A DNA stretch of 64,000 bases, from contig CM082589.2 of the NCBI GenBank assembly GCA_040954595.2, positions 5,515,186 to 5,579,185 of the forward strand. Reading direction: 5' to 3'. The position numbers were made by a program, and so were the translations under genes. Under the pieces are notes generated by a model that saw nothing but the letters and a program-made list of their open reading frames with translations, was not told where the DNA came from and did not search any database. This document shows positions 24,816 to 38,770 of the stretch, one piece after another; within the stretch, counting starts at the first letter, position 1; the number at the start of each line of letters is the position of its first letter. Origin of the DNA: Balanoglossus misakiensis (lineage: Eukaryota > Animalia > Hemichordata).

Positions 24816-27800
24816 TTCATCATCATCATCCAACTTTTCTGTGGACTAGTGATGTTAAAATTCTTGTTATTGGAGATTTTTTGATGCTTTTTAAAGCTCT
24901 TCAATATATCTTCAATATCTTCAATTCCAGATCGCAGAAATGGATGTGGACCTTTGCTCTGTTTTTCATGTCAGTATTGAACTACTCTTGTCGTAACGCC
25001 GTCCCCATTTCTGCCGTTGCTATGGGAACAGAACTAGGATGGGATAAAGCTCAAACTGTAAGTTTCATTAATTGGAAAGGAAGGGCACTTTTCTCATTTC
25101 ACGAGCTCCACGCCACCAGGAGTATGGCAAATATGACCATTTTCAGAATTTGTAACCCTTAGCTATGTACATATGTACAGAATCTTTTTTTAGAACTCAA
25201 CAGATGGCTGCGCTGAGACATGTATCTTCATGTTTGGCCATGTGCACAGTGATTTGACATTACATTCATCAGATTGTCTGAGATTCATAAAATGTGATTG
25301 GATGTGTGCATCACTACTTATATAAGAGGAAACAATTCAGAATATAGTAATTCCATTGCTTGAAATGGAATGATAAATTACTAAAACTGACCTGAGCTTT
25401 GTTTGTTAATATTTGCATCTTCAAAATTGTAGTATACAGATTAATAATGAAGGGAGATTGAGGATCTTTTCTAATTTTTTCATAGTACATGTAAACAACA
25501 AATACAAACATTGGATTTCACCTCTTGTTTTTAGGGGCTCGTGCTGTCAAGTTTCTTCTGGGGTTACGCATTAACCCAGGTGCCCGCTGGGTATATCAGC
25601 GATGTGATTGGTGGAGACCAGGTGGTGACCTTGGCAGCCATTGGATGGGGTTCCCTGACTGTCGTTATGCCTTTCATTACCTCCATGTTCACTGACAAGT
25701 CGACGCAGATGACGGCTCTGGTCATCCAAAGGGTTATCTTTGGGATACTCCAAGGTGGGTGTGTCATGCATGATCAGTAACGTAACCATATTCAAATGTT
25801 AAAGAGTTAGATGTGCATACGGAGAACCATCTTAAAGCCCCTGTCTGTTAACTTAACACTGAATCAGTGTAAAGCAGTTTTATTTTCATACTACCCTATT
25901 CTACCAGGTATACCTTGACCACAGAGAATCTGAACCAATGAAAAGCCATTAATTTCCTCGTGTGTTGTGACGGTTGAATCAACACTTCATCTGCCACTCT
26001 TAAAGCATTATATCAGCCCTGCACTCATTTTTGTATTCCATATTGCTTTATGCCATTTTTTTAGCAAATTCAAATTTAGCAAGGCCAAACTTTCCCTGAT
26101 CATCTTCCATCACACATCTCTGCTTCAGTCAGAAATGGTGAACATTTTAACTCATGGGACCAGTAGTTCCATATTTCAGAGTTTTCACTATTTCTGTCGT
26201 GCTGTAGCAATGGGAGCTACAGTGCCTAGGCTGCCATTTTTTAGTTGCTTTTCTTTCTGTTTTATTCCAGCCCTTCATTATCCTGCTGTTATCAGCCTCC
26301 TTAGTCAAAAAGCACCAGCGGAGGGTAAAACCACTATTTATACAATAGTTGTGTCTGGCTCACCAGCAGGGTAAGCCGATTTTCTTTTTATATTTTTGTT
26401 GCATAAAAGGGAAGAAACATGTTTCGTTTCACAAGAGCGTTTTTAATGTTTTTTTGGCCACTACCAGGTAATTGTCAGAGTTTCTATGCATTTATAACAT
26501 CCCTTTATGGTCAGTGGCATGTGTTACTGTAGCTTCCATCTGCATACATAATAGAAGCTGTTTATATAGGTTGAAAATCCTTGACAATATTTTTAATTTT
26601 GAGGATCATTTTTTTACAGGGTTGTACTGTGTGGTAGCATAGGGTCATACTTACTGCAGCGATACACCTGGATGTCTGTCTTTTATGTTGCTGGCATTAG
26701 TGCTGTCGTCTGGGCCCTTTTCATCAGGCATTGTTTGATGGACAAAACGTGTAGCAGGGTGCAAGCGAAAAAATCAGCCTCAGAGCTACTCCACAGAAAG
26801 CAGGGTAGTGGATCACAGAAAATGCCATGGAGACTGTGGTTTAGACATAGAGCATTTTGGTAAGTTCCCGAAGATTGTTGATTTATTAAATTATGTCTAA
26901 CTAATATGATGTTACCAATCAGTAGTCAGTTCGGTTGAAAAAAAACAGACAAGGAGTGACTTTTACCCTTTCACCACCATGGTTCAGTCCAAACCCATTG
27001 TTTCCTGGTAAAGTCAGACCTCGAAAGAGGGAAATGGGGGGGTGAAAGGGTTAAAGAGATAAAACAGCAGTAAAATCAAGGTTGCCCAGTGGTTTGAGTG
27101 ACAGCGCCTAACTTTTTAATGAAATATTATCCAATAGTTACAGCTAATAGAGCTTTAAGTATTTGTATCACTTTGTCTTCTTTTTCCAAAAGGGGTATGA
27201 TGACAGCTGGCTTCTGTAGTGGATTCGCCTTCTACCTCCTCTTTTCTTGGATGCCAACATACTTCGAAGAAAATTTTCCAGGAGAAAAGGTGAGCGCATG
27301 AAATGAAATTAAGGTATTTTTTGTCCATCGCATGCACTCCAAAACCAAGTGATTCTAAGCAAGGAGCTGGTTGTTCCTAAGATTCACAAGGCATCATTAA
27401 CATTTATTCAGATGTAATGATATTGATATCAAAGATATTTTCATGTTAAATGTCACATACTTTTTGTAAATCAATTGTTTATTTCTGCACCACATTGTAC
27501 AAATAATTCAAAAGCAACATACTCTAGATGTTTGTAGGTTATGATTATATGGGCACATCTTAGTCTAGTATTTTTTTTAAAAGTAATGTACTGTGTTTAC
27601 GGTAATTATTGTCCTTCAGATAATTTTCAGCTAATAAAGAGTGCCATAATTATCACAAGGCCACCTGTAAATTCTCAGACACTATGCTCATTCACACAGG
27701 GCTGGGTGTTTAATGTAGTCCCGTGGCTTGTAAGTGCGCCTTCGAGAATTACAGCAGGAATCATAGCAGATAGGCTGATATCTCGATATTCTGTGACGGC

Positions 27801-28503
27801 CAGTCGAAAGATTATACAGGTGGGTATTTCACTTTTCACACCTCAACATTCTGTACTGTAGTTCATTTCTAGCCAAGTCAGTGGTCTACATCTCTTCTGT
27901 CTCCTGTGTTTGGTTACTAAAAGGCAAATTTTGCAATTTTTTTTTTATTATTTTGAACAGGCTGTATATGCAATAGGTATTACAAGCTGTCTGTTGGTCT
28001 TCCCATATCTCAAATCGTATGCGGCATCCCTCGCTGTCATAACGTGTGTACTCATGTTCGATAGCTTGAATTCTGCCAGCACTTCAATCAACCCTCAAGA
28101 TCTTGCCCCTGATTGGGCTGGTATTGTTTACGGTGAGTTTCACTGTGATGATTATTTCAATTGTGTATGGGGTATGCTTTAGTGTGTATAGAATGTGTGT
28201 TCGATTATCAAGTTGAAAATATTATTTCTTTTTAATTGGGAGTTGTTTGAAGAATTGCTAAAATAAAAAGAATATTAATAAACGACCAAACATTACTCAA
28301 AAATTGTCTCGTATTTTTTTATCTTCTCTGCAGGCTTTTATAACAGCGCCAATTCCATACCAGGATTCTTTGGTGTGTATATCAGTGGCTACATTCTCCA
28401 CTTGACGGGCAGCTGGGCATCTGTCTTCAACTCAACAGCAGTCATCTGTGCAATAGGGGCTGTCTCATTCATTGTCTTTGGAAGTGGAGAACCTATTCAC
28501 TGA
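24022..28503 (+). CDS. SLC17A9: VNUT family, copy B, intact
   Basis: Exons 24022-24179, 24931-25057, 25535-25754, 26271-26370, 26620-26859, 27193-27289, 27700-27819, 27961-28132, 28334-28503. Same phases as copy A, shared 127/220/97/172-bp exon sizes, open frame. Confidence 0.9.
24710..24830. repeat. (ATC)n microsatellite in intron 1 of copy B
   Basis: Directly visible. Confidence 0.95.
26962..27053. mobile_element. Short piggyBac-like MITE (copy of 18889-18981)
   Basis: accctttcaccacc...ggtgaaagggttaa. Confidence 0.7.
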
Positions 28504-30119
28504 TCAAGTCCACAACTCTAATCACATTTTCCTATTTTCAGCCATTTTACCCATGATGCAAAATTCAAAATGGCTGTCGTAGAATTGTGAGATAAAATGA
28601 AACTCAAAGTCAGAGTCCACAACTCTTGCCTGGATATGTGACTGTGTGGCGGCGTATCCATGTTGGTTTTAAAGGGAGAGGAGCTTATACTTTTAGTTTT
28701 AATATTTTCAGTGTTTTTATTGTGTATCTACAACAGTTTCTTGTTGTTCTCGACATATATACTTATAACCAGCATACATGTATGTATTTATAACCAGTAG
28801 TGTTCATATTAATATTTGAATTTTAGTTTTCCAGCAATGTATACAATGCATGGATTTTTGAGGCTGTTTTCTGTTGTGGGACAGATTATACATATCTTTA
28901 TCTCAGGAAGATAAGCTGTGTAGTTCGCAACCTTGATCGATATAAAAGGGTAAACATCAGGTTTGTAAGTTACAGCTTCATATTCATTTACAGTATGAAG
29001 GCCTAAAACTTTTGACACTCATTTATTTTACATGAACATCTGACAAAGGCAAGTATATTTTGAGAATTAATACTTTAATATATGTTTTTTAGTACACACA
29101 GATATGACTTTTTTTTAAAATAATGGATGTCTCTGCAGGCGGACTCTTAATACTTGAGAATATTTTAAGAGACTTAAAACTTGCTGATAGTGATAGTTTT
29201 AATTGTGAATCATAAAGCTTACAGTTCAATTGATAACATGATTTTGTTTAATATGGTTTAGTTTTAGCATTAAGTTCACTCATTTTTGTGAGACCTTAAT
29301 TTGTAATATTCACGGAGATAAGTATCTGTATATCTTTCTTTTTAACTTTTTTTTTCTGTAAGAATAATATTTTAACTATGTAAAAGATATTGGTATAAGG
29401 AAACCTTTTAGATGTTCTTTTTATTATTATAAAATTACTTTGGAATAAAAATGCTTATTTTTCTCTACTATTTCTGGTTGATTTTTTGCTTCCATTTCAG
29501 TAAACCAAAAGACTGGTGTCAGCACCAGGGATTTTTCGAACTATGATTGGTTGGAGTCAGGGTTTATCCTTAACTAGAAGACCTGGATCTTCACTTGGTG
29601 ATTATTTCTCGCCAAATGTGCTTATCCGCAACCAAATACCCTCATTTGCCGTTTATAGCCTCTAAATGATAACAGGGACAGCCAAGCAAGGCAATGTACA
29701 ACACATCTTGTTTATTATATTTATGGCCATGATGGGCCATGCATCACTGAAAATGAATACAGATAATAAAAGCACCATATATTTAATATCAAGTGTGTCG
29801 ACAGCCTCATTTGATGAGGAAATGTCACAGGCAAGTTGGGCAATGTATGAAAAATCACAAAGCCTCTACAGTTCTATTCCAACCCTGATGTTATTAAAGT
29901 ATGTACCTTTAGAGTTGTTGTGCGTGTTCGGGTATAATATTGAAAATTTAACTCCCCCATTCTTGTGAGCTCAGGAACATTTCCATCATTTTGAGTTCCC
30001 CTGAAAATAGTTCGCTTGTCTTCACCGTTCGGTAGGTGAAAGAATAACAGAACGTTTGTAAATTCGCAGCGATTCAGCCACCCGAAGAATGCCCAGGAAC
30101 TTTACGCGTCTGGCGCTCC

Positions 30120-33100
30120 TTAGTAATCAAACACCACTTGTTCTCCAGATCCGAAGACCACGTACACCAGCCATCCCAGAAGATGAATGGCGGCCATCAA
30201 ACTGAAGACGATGCTCCAACTGTTGAAGTACTCCAGGATGTGGCCACTGAGATAGACGCCGAGAAATCCGGGTATTGCACCGCACGTATTCATTACACCT
30301 GGTCAGTAAAACAATATTCATATTCTAAAGTTCATAGGTCAAATATGCGGTATATTATACATGGCCAGTTGCAAAGGCAAACACAAAACGATATAGAACA
30401 GCACGTGTGCAGACAATCAACAAAAAACAAAGAAACAAGTTAGGTCTGTGAAAGAAAGATAAATGGACCTCTGGCAAAAAGAACCAGGAAGTCCGCTGTT
30501 TTTCGAAAATAGTTTCCACATCCTGCCCCACTTGTGACCCCCACCATATATCAATCTCTAAGAAAATAAGTTGTTAAGACTTCTTCATGAGGACATTTTT
30601 TACTTCAAATTCAAAGAGAGGAAACTTACCATAAACTGCGCCAGCGTGTTCTGGAACCAAGTCTTGCGGATTTGCATACGATCCCGCCGACCCAAAACCA
30701 CCGATCATTAGTGAAAATGTCACAATGAACAAAGCTGTCGTGTAGCAATGGGTATGTCCAACCAGGAAAAAAGCGGTTATTTGCGATAATGAGTGTACTG
30801 TCTGAAACAGAAATTGTTCAAAATTTTCTTAGATTAATATTTTCAAGCGATATCAAGCTGCAACATAAAGCTGTATTTCCCATTCTTAAACATGGCAAAA
30901 ATCGGCCATCTTGAAATTGTGTCGACCATATGAGATACTTACTTGTAAAAATTTTCTCGTTATCGTTATACTTATGCCGTGTTTGATAAGTCTATCAGCA
31001 ACATAACCACTAATGAAATTTGTTATCAACAGGAACAGCCAGGGCAGTACGTTGTAAACCCAACCCTGGAAAAAAATGCAAACATGCGGATGGTAAGTTA
31101 GAATAAAATGAAATGCCCCTGCAGCAGAGCTGGTGTTGCACATGAATTGACCAAGTATTGGATGCCAGTTTTCAGTGATACTAGTAGATTCCCAAATACA
31201 GCAACAAATTTACATTAAAGCCCCATGAGCTGCAAATTTTTAACATGTTTGTCAGTTTGTCTCACAATGTGTGTTCCAATATGGCCTCCAGCCTTAACAA
31301 TTTGGGAAATTATCTTGGAATCTATTTTCAAACTGTACTAATATTAGACCATACAGATGTACCGGTATGCACTGGAGTATATAAAAGTATCATAAATATT
31401 CAATATGAGCACATGTAGAAGAGTTTAACATTTTAGTATAATATTTAGTTGGAGTTAGCACTTACCTTTTCGTTTGGATAATTTTCTTCAAAGAATGTTG
31501 GCAGCCACGATAGTGTTAAATGCCATGAATATGAGGTACAGATATACATAAAGATCATCGCCCTAAAGAAATAATTATATGTAAACATATTCACTAGTGG
31601 CAGTTGCACATATTCAATGATGTTGTCAAAATGTGGATATCCTCTATACCGCAAGGTTTGTCTTATAATGGATGACTGCACGCAACTTGGAGTGGTGTGG
31701 GGGGAAAAACTGGAGTGTGCTTACCAAAAACCCCTATGTCTCGCTAAGGTTGTCCATATAGTCTTGGTTGTTGGCAAAGTAGTAAGTGCTCTAGTTTTGA
31801 TCCTAGTACATGGATGTAGACACCTCTTTTTCATGAGGAATACCCGCACTACAATTGCAGAAACGGTTGCCAAGGCGCCAAAGACGTAGTAAATGATATG
31901 CCAGCCATTAGTTGCGAGAAGGTAGGATCCCAAACTCCCAGAAAGTACATTCCTTAAATGTGGGCAAAAAATAGCATTAATAAGTTCATGATGATGATAT
32001 ATTTTCCATTCTGACAATAAAAACATGAAAAACACAGGATTTTGGTTTAACGGAAGCTCTGTTGTGCTGGAGGATGCCGACATGAAGTGACTGGATATAT
32101 TTTCCTGGAATGATATGATACCCAATGTTGTTGTTTACCCAGCCACGGTTCCGGATCCAACAGCCGTGTAGAAGAAGGATCTGTTCTCCATTACCACTCT
32201 GGAGGCAGCTATACTCGATATCGTTGGATAATGGAAACCTGCGTAGATAGGAAATATTAGTAATCATCATTCTCTCGCATTGTCAAAAATCACATTCACC
32301 CAGAATCAATGGTATTCATGCTTATTTTAAATACTACATTAACGAAACTTATCGTACAGCTGTAATAAAATACATAGAATCACGTTTGGAAAGTTAAGAC
32401 GGTTTGCCTGTTATATTCATTGAAAATATTCAGAAAAAAATAAATTGGTTGGTCACATGTTCACCTGAGCTTGTACTATTATTGTGGTACGGACAAATTT
32501 GATTGGAAGCTCTTTTCTGAAGTGTGGCACCCATTTAATATACCAAGACACAATTTTGAAATTTACAAATAGAGCTGTACTACCTACCTGTCACAATGCC
32601 AAAAATAATCCTGTTTATTACAAGGAAGGTGAGCTGCGACGATTTGTCATCAAATGCATACGCACAGAAGGGATACACAATTGTTAAGGGGCCCCAGACA
32701 AGTGTTGCTATGGTAACCACTTGGTCACCCCCGAAGCGGTCGCTCAGGAAACCGGACAGAATTGTTGTAGTGACGTAGCCCCAGTAGAAACTGGACAAGA
32801 TGAGACCCTGGAAGTAATTTGAGAGTTTACACTTTATAACATTCTGATGTAAATATGGACAGTATTTATATTTCATAAATAACCAGATTAGTTATAATTG
32901 TTTGTGCAACCCATCAGTCTGCTCTGAAAATAAAATCATGAAAATAATGCGAAAAATAGCAGCTACCAGAAATATGACAATATTTTACCGTTTCCGACTT
33001 GTCCCAGTCGAACTCCTTGGACATAGCAACAGCACTTAAAGGCATGCAGTTTCGACAAGCGTATGTTAACATTGTCAAGGTGAAAAATGCTGTTGCCCAT

Positions 33101-33864
33101 GCTATAACTTCTTTCCTGAAGGAAAAAAGGGGAATCTGATGACATGATTATATTGAAGACAATCTAATATTCAGTTGCGTCTATAAATTGACCATATAAT
33201 AATATGCTAATAATATTTAAATCATGTTAGAGTGACTTTAATCAAGTCCTGAAGATGAGGTCATCTCACCCTGGCAGCGAACTTTGACCTCACCCGCGAG
33301 GTCATTATTAGCATATTAATGGAAGTCACTTCCATCCAGTGGGCAAAACCTTGAGAGCTTCTTGGAAACTTGGCTGAAATACGTAATTGGACCCCCAAAA
33401 AAATTCACCGTAGGAGCTTTGGGACTAGAAATAATCAGAGTTCCGGCTGGTGTAAGTAGTTTTATTGAATTACGTTCACTTTGCTTTCTTTTGCCGTTCA
33501 AATGTTCCGACCCATCAGCTCTCGCACGGTACATCTGCGTTTCCATAGCTACCGTACACAGTGTCGTTAAGGCCGCTACAATCGTTACAATCTTATTAAA
33601 ATCAGGTGTAGATATGGGTAGACAGTCTAGCTACTTCCACCATCCATCATAGCTCAGCGTGGCAAGGCGATGTCACAGCCCTGCCACACAGAACTATCGG
33701 GCCGGTTGGCATGACTGTGAATGATGAAGCGCAACTTACCTGTTCCAATAATTTCCGATATAGTCGATTGCGTGATCATTGATCACTACATCTTCTGTGA
33801 TTAGCTGCTTGTTGTCCTCGTCGGGCTCCTCAGAGAGTTCGGTCGGGTCCAACGTACCCAACAT
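30120..33864 (-). CDS. SLC17A9: VNUT family, copy C, intact
   Basis: Exons 33864-33740, 33115-32989, 32807-32588, 32238-32139, 31952-31725, 31562-31466, 31065-30943, 30801-30630, 30298-30120. All phases are compatible and the same motifs are present. Confidence 0.9.
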
Positions 33865-34595
33865 ATTGCACACAGAATGAGATGAACAACAATGCTTCAC
33901 ATACGAGAGTGGACTCAGCTGACCTGACCATCAACTTTGAACTGTCATGCGCATTGGGTGTGTGCGTCCAAATTTAGCTACAGGCGGTTCAAAAATAGAC
34001 GAGAAAGTTACTGTTGTGTCTAAAGTCACAATAAAATACTCATTTAAATGATACCATTCATGCCTTTATTCTCTAAATACAAGTGAAAATTTACTCTCGT
34101 CTCTTGGTGACAATACGCATGATACGTACAGTGCGCCCGCGCGCCCCGGACGCGCGCGCACCCCAGCCATTGACATATGTCGGTATCGTATATATCGTAC
34201 AAACAAACATAATTATGCTGATAAAGTACGATCAGCAAGGATAATATATACGTGGATTTCCATAAGTAAGAAGGTCATATCGTTTAAGGTCATTAGGTCA
34301 TATCAGGATAGGGCAAGGCACACAGACACTATTCAAACAAAGCGATCACAGTCGAAACTATATCGACAACCGTCCTGGTATTTTTGTCTACGAACGTACA
34401 TATGTGCACCAACACGGTTCCTACTGGTGACTCGACATCAACGTTCCACATTTATTTATTGTGTGAAAGCTGGGTTCATAAAAATTCTGTCACTGATTAA
34501 TGGTCTGTCTGGCTCTGTAGGCAAAACGTGTTTCACCGTACCATGGACGTCAATCATCATATCTGTGTTTAATAGTACACGTAGTATAATCCAAC
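33865..34595. promoter_or_regulatory. Putative bidirectional promoter of copies C and D, with clustered AGGTCA half-sites
   Basis: ATGs diverge ~730 bp apart. AGGTCA at 34272, a perfect DR2 AGGTCAttAGGTCA at 34287-34300, and a CpG-rich patch at 34130-34165. Confidence 0.55.
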
Positions 34596-35697
34596 ATGTC
34601 GGACACACTAGAAATGGACGAATTCAGTGAAGAAATGGCTTCGGCGACCACGAAATTGACAAGAGACGATGTGTCAGTGGCAGCTGTAAACTACCACCAC
34701 GATCAAGGTCATTTGAGCAAGTACTGTATGTTCACCAAACTTCCATGTCAAGCAGATCTGACAAATCATAATGTAGGTCATACCCCAATCTGATTAAAAT
34801 CAGATGTATAGGAAACGGTGTACGTATGCAAGGGTGGTGTTGTGGTTTCTAATATAGACTATTGTTCTTTCAACAGGAAGGGATCAATAATATGGGCAAT
34901 AGCACTGTTCACACTAACATCTTTGACATATGCATGTCGAAACTGTATGCCATTAAGCGCCGTCGCCATGTCAACGGAGTTCGGCTGGGACAAAACTGAA
35001 ACGGTGAGGATGGGGTCTATCGTCAATACCAATGCAAGAAAGTGCTGTATACCAATAATTTTATACAAATCGTTCTTTAATATTTGAAAAGTAAGAAATG
35101 GCCTTGATTTGTATACATTTCAATATTCCCAACTATGGGTCTTTATGGCAAACTCTCAAAGAAGGAACCTTTACCCATAAATATAAATATCCTAACAAAA
35201 GTTGTTTATGGGGTTAGTTGCAAATGCAATATTTCAAAGATAGTGGTATTACATTTGCAGGGTCTTGTGTTATCGAGCTACTTTTGGGGATACGTGCTGA
35301 CACAAATGCCCTCGGGTTTTCTAAGTGACCGCATCGGTGGTGACCAGGTGATTACCATAGCAACACTTGTGTGGGGCCCTCTGACGATTATTTATCCGTT
35401 CTGTGCGTATGCGTTTGAAGACAAGTCATCACAGCTAACGTTTCTCGTTATGAACAGAATTGTCTTCGGGATGGCGACAGGTATGTGGTGGCTATCAATC
35501 CCCTTTTCTGTGTGATTGCAATTCACCTCTCCAATTTATATTGATCTGATACAACCGCCAAATATTGAAAATAACAAGTGGTCTTTCTCTGAAATGTGCG
35601 ATTTTTGTGGGTTATTAATGACTAAAATTCTGTACCTACATGTAATGTATACCAGTGATCATACCTGTGCGATATGTGTAGCCAAACCAAGAATACA

Positions 35698-35907
35698 TAC
35701 TGTAAAACCCTTTATTTGCGCGAGTTAAAATTTTCGCGATATCGAGAGAGGCCACTGTTTCGCGAGTATTAATTTTGCGTTCTCTTATTTCATTCACTGC
35801 ATCGTTATCTTGAAAAAAAAATTACGCGACTTTCTAATTTCACGCTATTTTGGCTCTCGCGTATTTCGCGAAAATTAATTGCTCGCGAAAATAAAGTGTT
35901 TTACAAC
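35698..35907. mobile_element. MITE with TACTGTAAAA-type termini and internal TTTCGCGA motifs; partial related terminus at ~60242
   Basis: tactgtaaaaccctttatttgcgcgag ... ctcgcgaaaataaagtgttttaca inverted termini. Confidence 0.7.
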
Positions 35908-37745
35908 TGACGAATAACCGTATTTTAACCCTTCAGGGCTACGTCAGCCATTACTGGTAAATTGAAATTTGTTAGTTCGTCCGTTTATTATCCTTTAAAC
36001 GGCTTCTTTCCTCCACACAGGGTTCCACTTCCCAACTTTATCTAATATAAGTGCATCGACAATCGTGAAAGAGAACAGAAGTTTCTTCTATACGGTGATC
36101 AATGCGGGCGCTACTGCGGGGTAAGTGTGTGTGTGTGTGGGGGGGATACACGCTTCTTGGCAAAAAGATTAGAATCAGTAGGAGAAAGATACGTCTTCAA
36201 TTATGCAAGGGCGTATCAACACAAAGCCTAAATGTTTTCTGTCAATTAAAAGTGTCGACGTTTCTTGACCCTAATTCAGTCGCTGACTTGGGAGTATTTA
36301 CGACTGAAAATCCCAACAACCAAACTTTGAGTTTTCGTATTTCTCGGTCATAAGAGGAGTATGGACGATGAGCTTATGTGTTTAAAACTTATACTCGTTC
36401 CCTTCTCAGTGAAGGTCTGTAAATGTACATCCTGACCATTCATGGTTTTGCATTCCCATAAGGACCATCTTTTCGGGAAGTGCCGGATCGTATATGTTAG
36501 AGACTTACGGCTGGCCTCTGAGCTTTTACGTTCTCGGCGGACTTTCAACAGCATGGGCAATCGCAATGCGAATATTCCTTTTGAAACGGAGATGCCTACA
36601 TCCATGTACACGCGTCCAACAAACCTCCGCAAAGTACGTCCCGACCACAAAACAGACATGGGCAACTTTATTGAAGCACAGATGCTTTTGGTAAGTGGGT
36701 CATTTTCTGTAGTGTTGAGTCCAATAGTCATTTCATTCATCCTAAAGACAGAGTTACATGGATACTAGTATGTCAATCGGATTAAGGCATTCCACGATTC
36801 ACGATCATCGATTGAAAACGCGATCGATCAGCAAAAAGTCGATTTCTTAAAACATAATATGTGGACACACATTCTAAAGATTAAACCAACATGGTATACG
36901 TATAATTTTCAGCCGTTAAACTAATTTTCTGTACTGCAGGGCAATGATCTTCATAAACATCACTGGTTCATACACGTGGAATTTAACAATTTCCTGGCTT
37001 CCAACGTTTTTTGAGGAACGATTTCCAGGACAAAAGGTACATTACAAAGATTATTAGATATTATAGTATGAAATGTCTTTCTTCATTTCAACAAAGCGGA
37101 AACAACAAAGCCTTCATTTTCAACCGGACCACATAGATTTTTGTAAAGGTACATTAATTACCTGCTGTTCTAACACGATCCCAATCAGTAGAATGTTCAG
37201 GTCCAAAGCAACGTATTACATGAAATAATTTCTATTATAGGGCTGGGTTTTCAATGTGGTGCCATGGACATTTGCCCTAATTCCAGAACTTCTGTGTGGC
37301 AAAATAGCTGATAAACTCATGAAGAAAGGTGTGAGTACAACGGCCACGAGAAAGTTCTTACAGGTCAGTGTATAACATTACATAATAGTTCACCAAGGCG
37401 TGGAGGAGGGGGTTGTCAATACATTAGATTACTCGGTTCATTCGCCAATCCACATTACATGCTAGACCAGCTAAAAATGATTAGGTGAATTTCACTTGTA
37501 TTTCAGACAATACAGTCATTGACATGTGACAGGTTACTTTTTAGTGGGTCGCACCAACTGCTACGTCACCGCCCTGGTACTCGTCACATTCTCAGTTACC
37601 ATGGGAGCGTTTGGATCGGCGGGGGCATATGCAATTCCGCAGGACTTGGTTCCATCACATGCTGGGGCAGTTTACGGTGAGTGGTCCGGGTGAGTGGTGT
37701 AGTGTGCCTGACTTGCTGTTCAGTACAAGCTACGTTGCCTATGAT

Positions 37746-37779
37746 TGAACGAATGAATGAATGAATGAATGAATGAATG
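37746..37779. repeat. (GAAT)n microsatellite
   Basis: Directly visible. Confidence 0.85.
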
Positions 37780-38340
37780 GGCGGACGGACGGTAAAACGA
37801 ACGACATAATCAATTCTATCACTCAATTTGCAGTAACATTCAATCAATTTTGGGTGCGTCGAACGCAACATTTGCAGAACCTGTGGATTGGACGTAATGT
37901 TCGTGCACACGAAATTACATGTACGCACATGCGCATAAGACGATCGTCGACGTCCTTTAAAATGATGTATGTTTAATGTTTCCCCAGGTGTAAGACACAC
38001 ATGTGGCTCATTGGCTGGATTTTTTGGTGTTTACGTCAGTGGTTATTTACTGGAATATTTCGACAGTTGGAGCGCCGTATTCACTTTGGGATCAAGCATA
38101 ACTTTCGCTGGCTGGGCGGTGTTTACTATTTTCGGATCTGCAGAACAATTACTATAGACGAGGAGAATTCGTGAAAAAAGGATAGTGTCTTGCTATATGA
38201 ATGACATTCTCAAGTTGAACGAAATAACCCTTTTGCAGTATATTGAGAAGCGATTTGACTTTTCAAAGCCGTGTTAATCATGATTGGTAATGGTTGTCAC
38301 AGCCCATAACTTTAACCATTCACATCTTTCGCCTCCAAAT

Positions 38341-38770
38341 ACCATGGCGACCATCGTCTGGGGCCCTCTGACGCTCATTTACCCATTCTGCGCCTATGCA
38401 TTTCTTGACAAACCGTCACAGTTGACGTTTCTTGTGGTGAATAGGATCGTCTTCGGGATGGCTACAGGTAAATGATAAATAAAAAGACGGAACTTCATAC
38501 CCTCTGCCCGCGATCTGTACAGTATTCGTTTTACTCTGCGGTAGTACTTTCACTAGCGCAGGCACTGAAAGTACGACAGATCTCATCTGACACGTCTACT
38601 TGGTATACGTGGTCATCGGCCATTTTCACGAGATGTATTACCGCGCCTGTCTTTGTTTTGTGTACAGCATTTCACTATCCGGCGTTATCGAGCATTTGTG
38701 CAACAAGAATGGCCAAGGAAAATAGATCTTCTCTCTATGCAGCATTAGATGCAGGAGGAAGTCTTGCGGG
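38341..38770 (+). pseudogene. SLC17A9 fragment E (3' half of exon 3 at 38341-38467 and exon 4 at 38668-38770)
   Basis: WGPLTLIYPFCAYAFLDKPSQLTFLVVNRIVFGMATG is nearly identical to copies C/D, followed by AFHYPALSS..GSLAG with splice sites. No other exons found. Confidence 0.8.

Larger units (their letters stand above)
34596..38157 (+). pseudogene. SLC17A9: VNUT family, copy D, probably pseudogenised (or an assembly error)
   Basis: Exons 34596-~34720, 34877-35003, 35261-35480, 36021-36120, 36463-36690, 36940-37036, 37241-37363, 37507-37676, 37988-38157. Exon 8 is 170 nt instead of 172 (frameshift at ~37525). Exon 1 lacks the conserved Trp-X-X|GT phase-2 donor. Confidence 0.75.

Noticed and set aside
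24618-24904. Poly-Ile, poly-Asp and poly-Met ORFs
   Set aside because: Translations of an intronic (ATC)n microsatellite.
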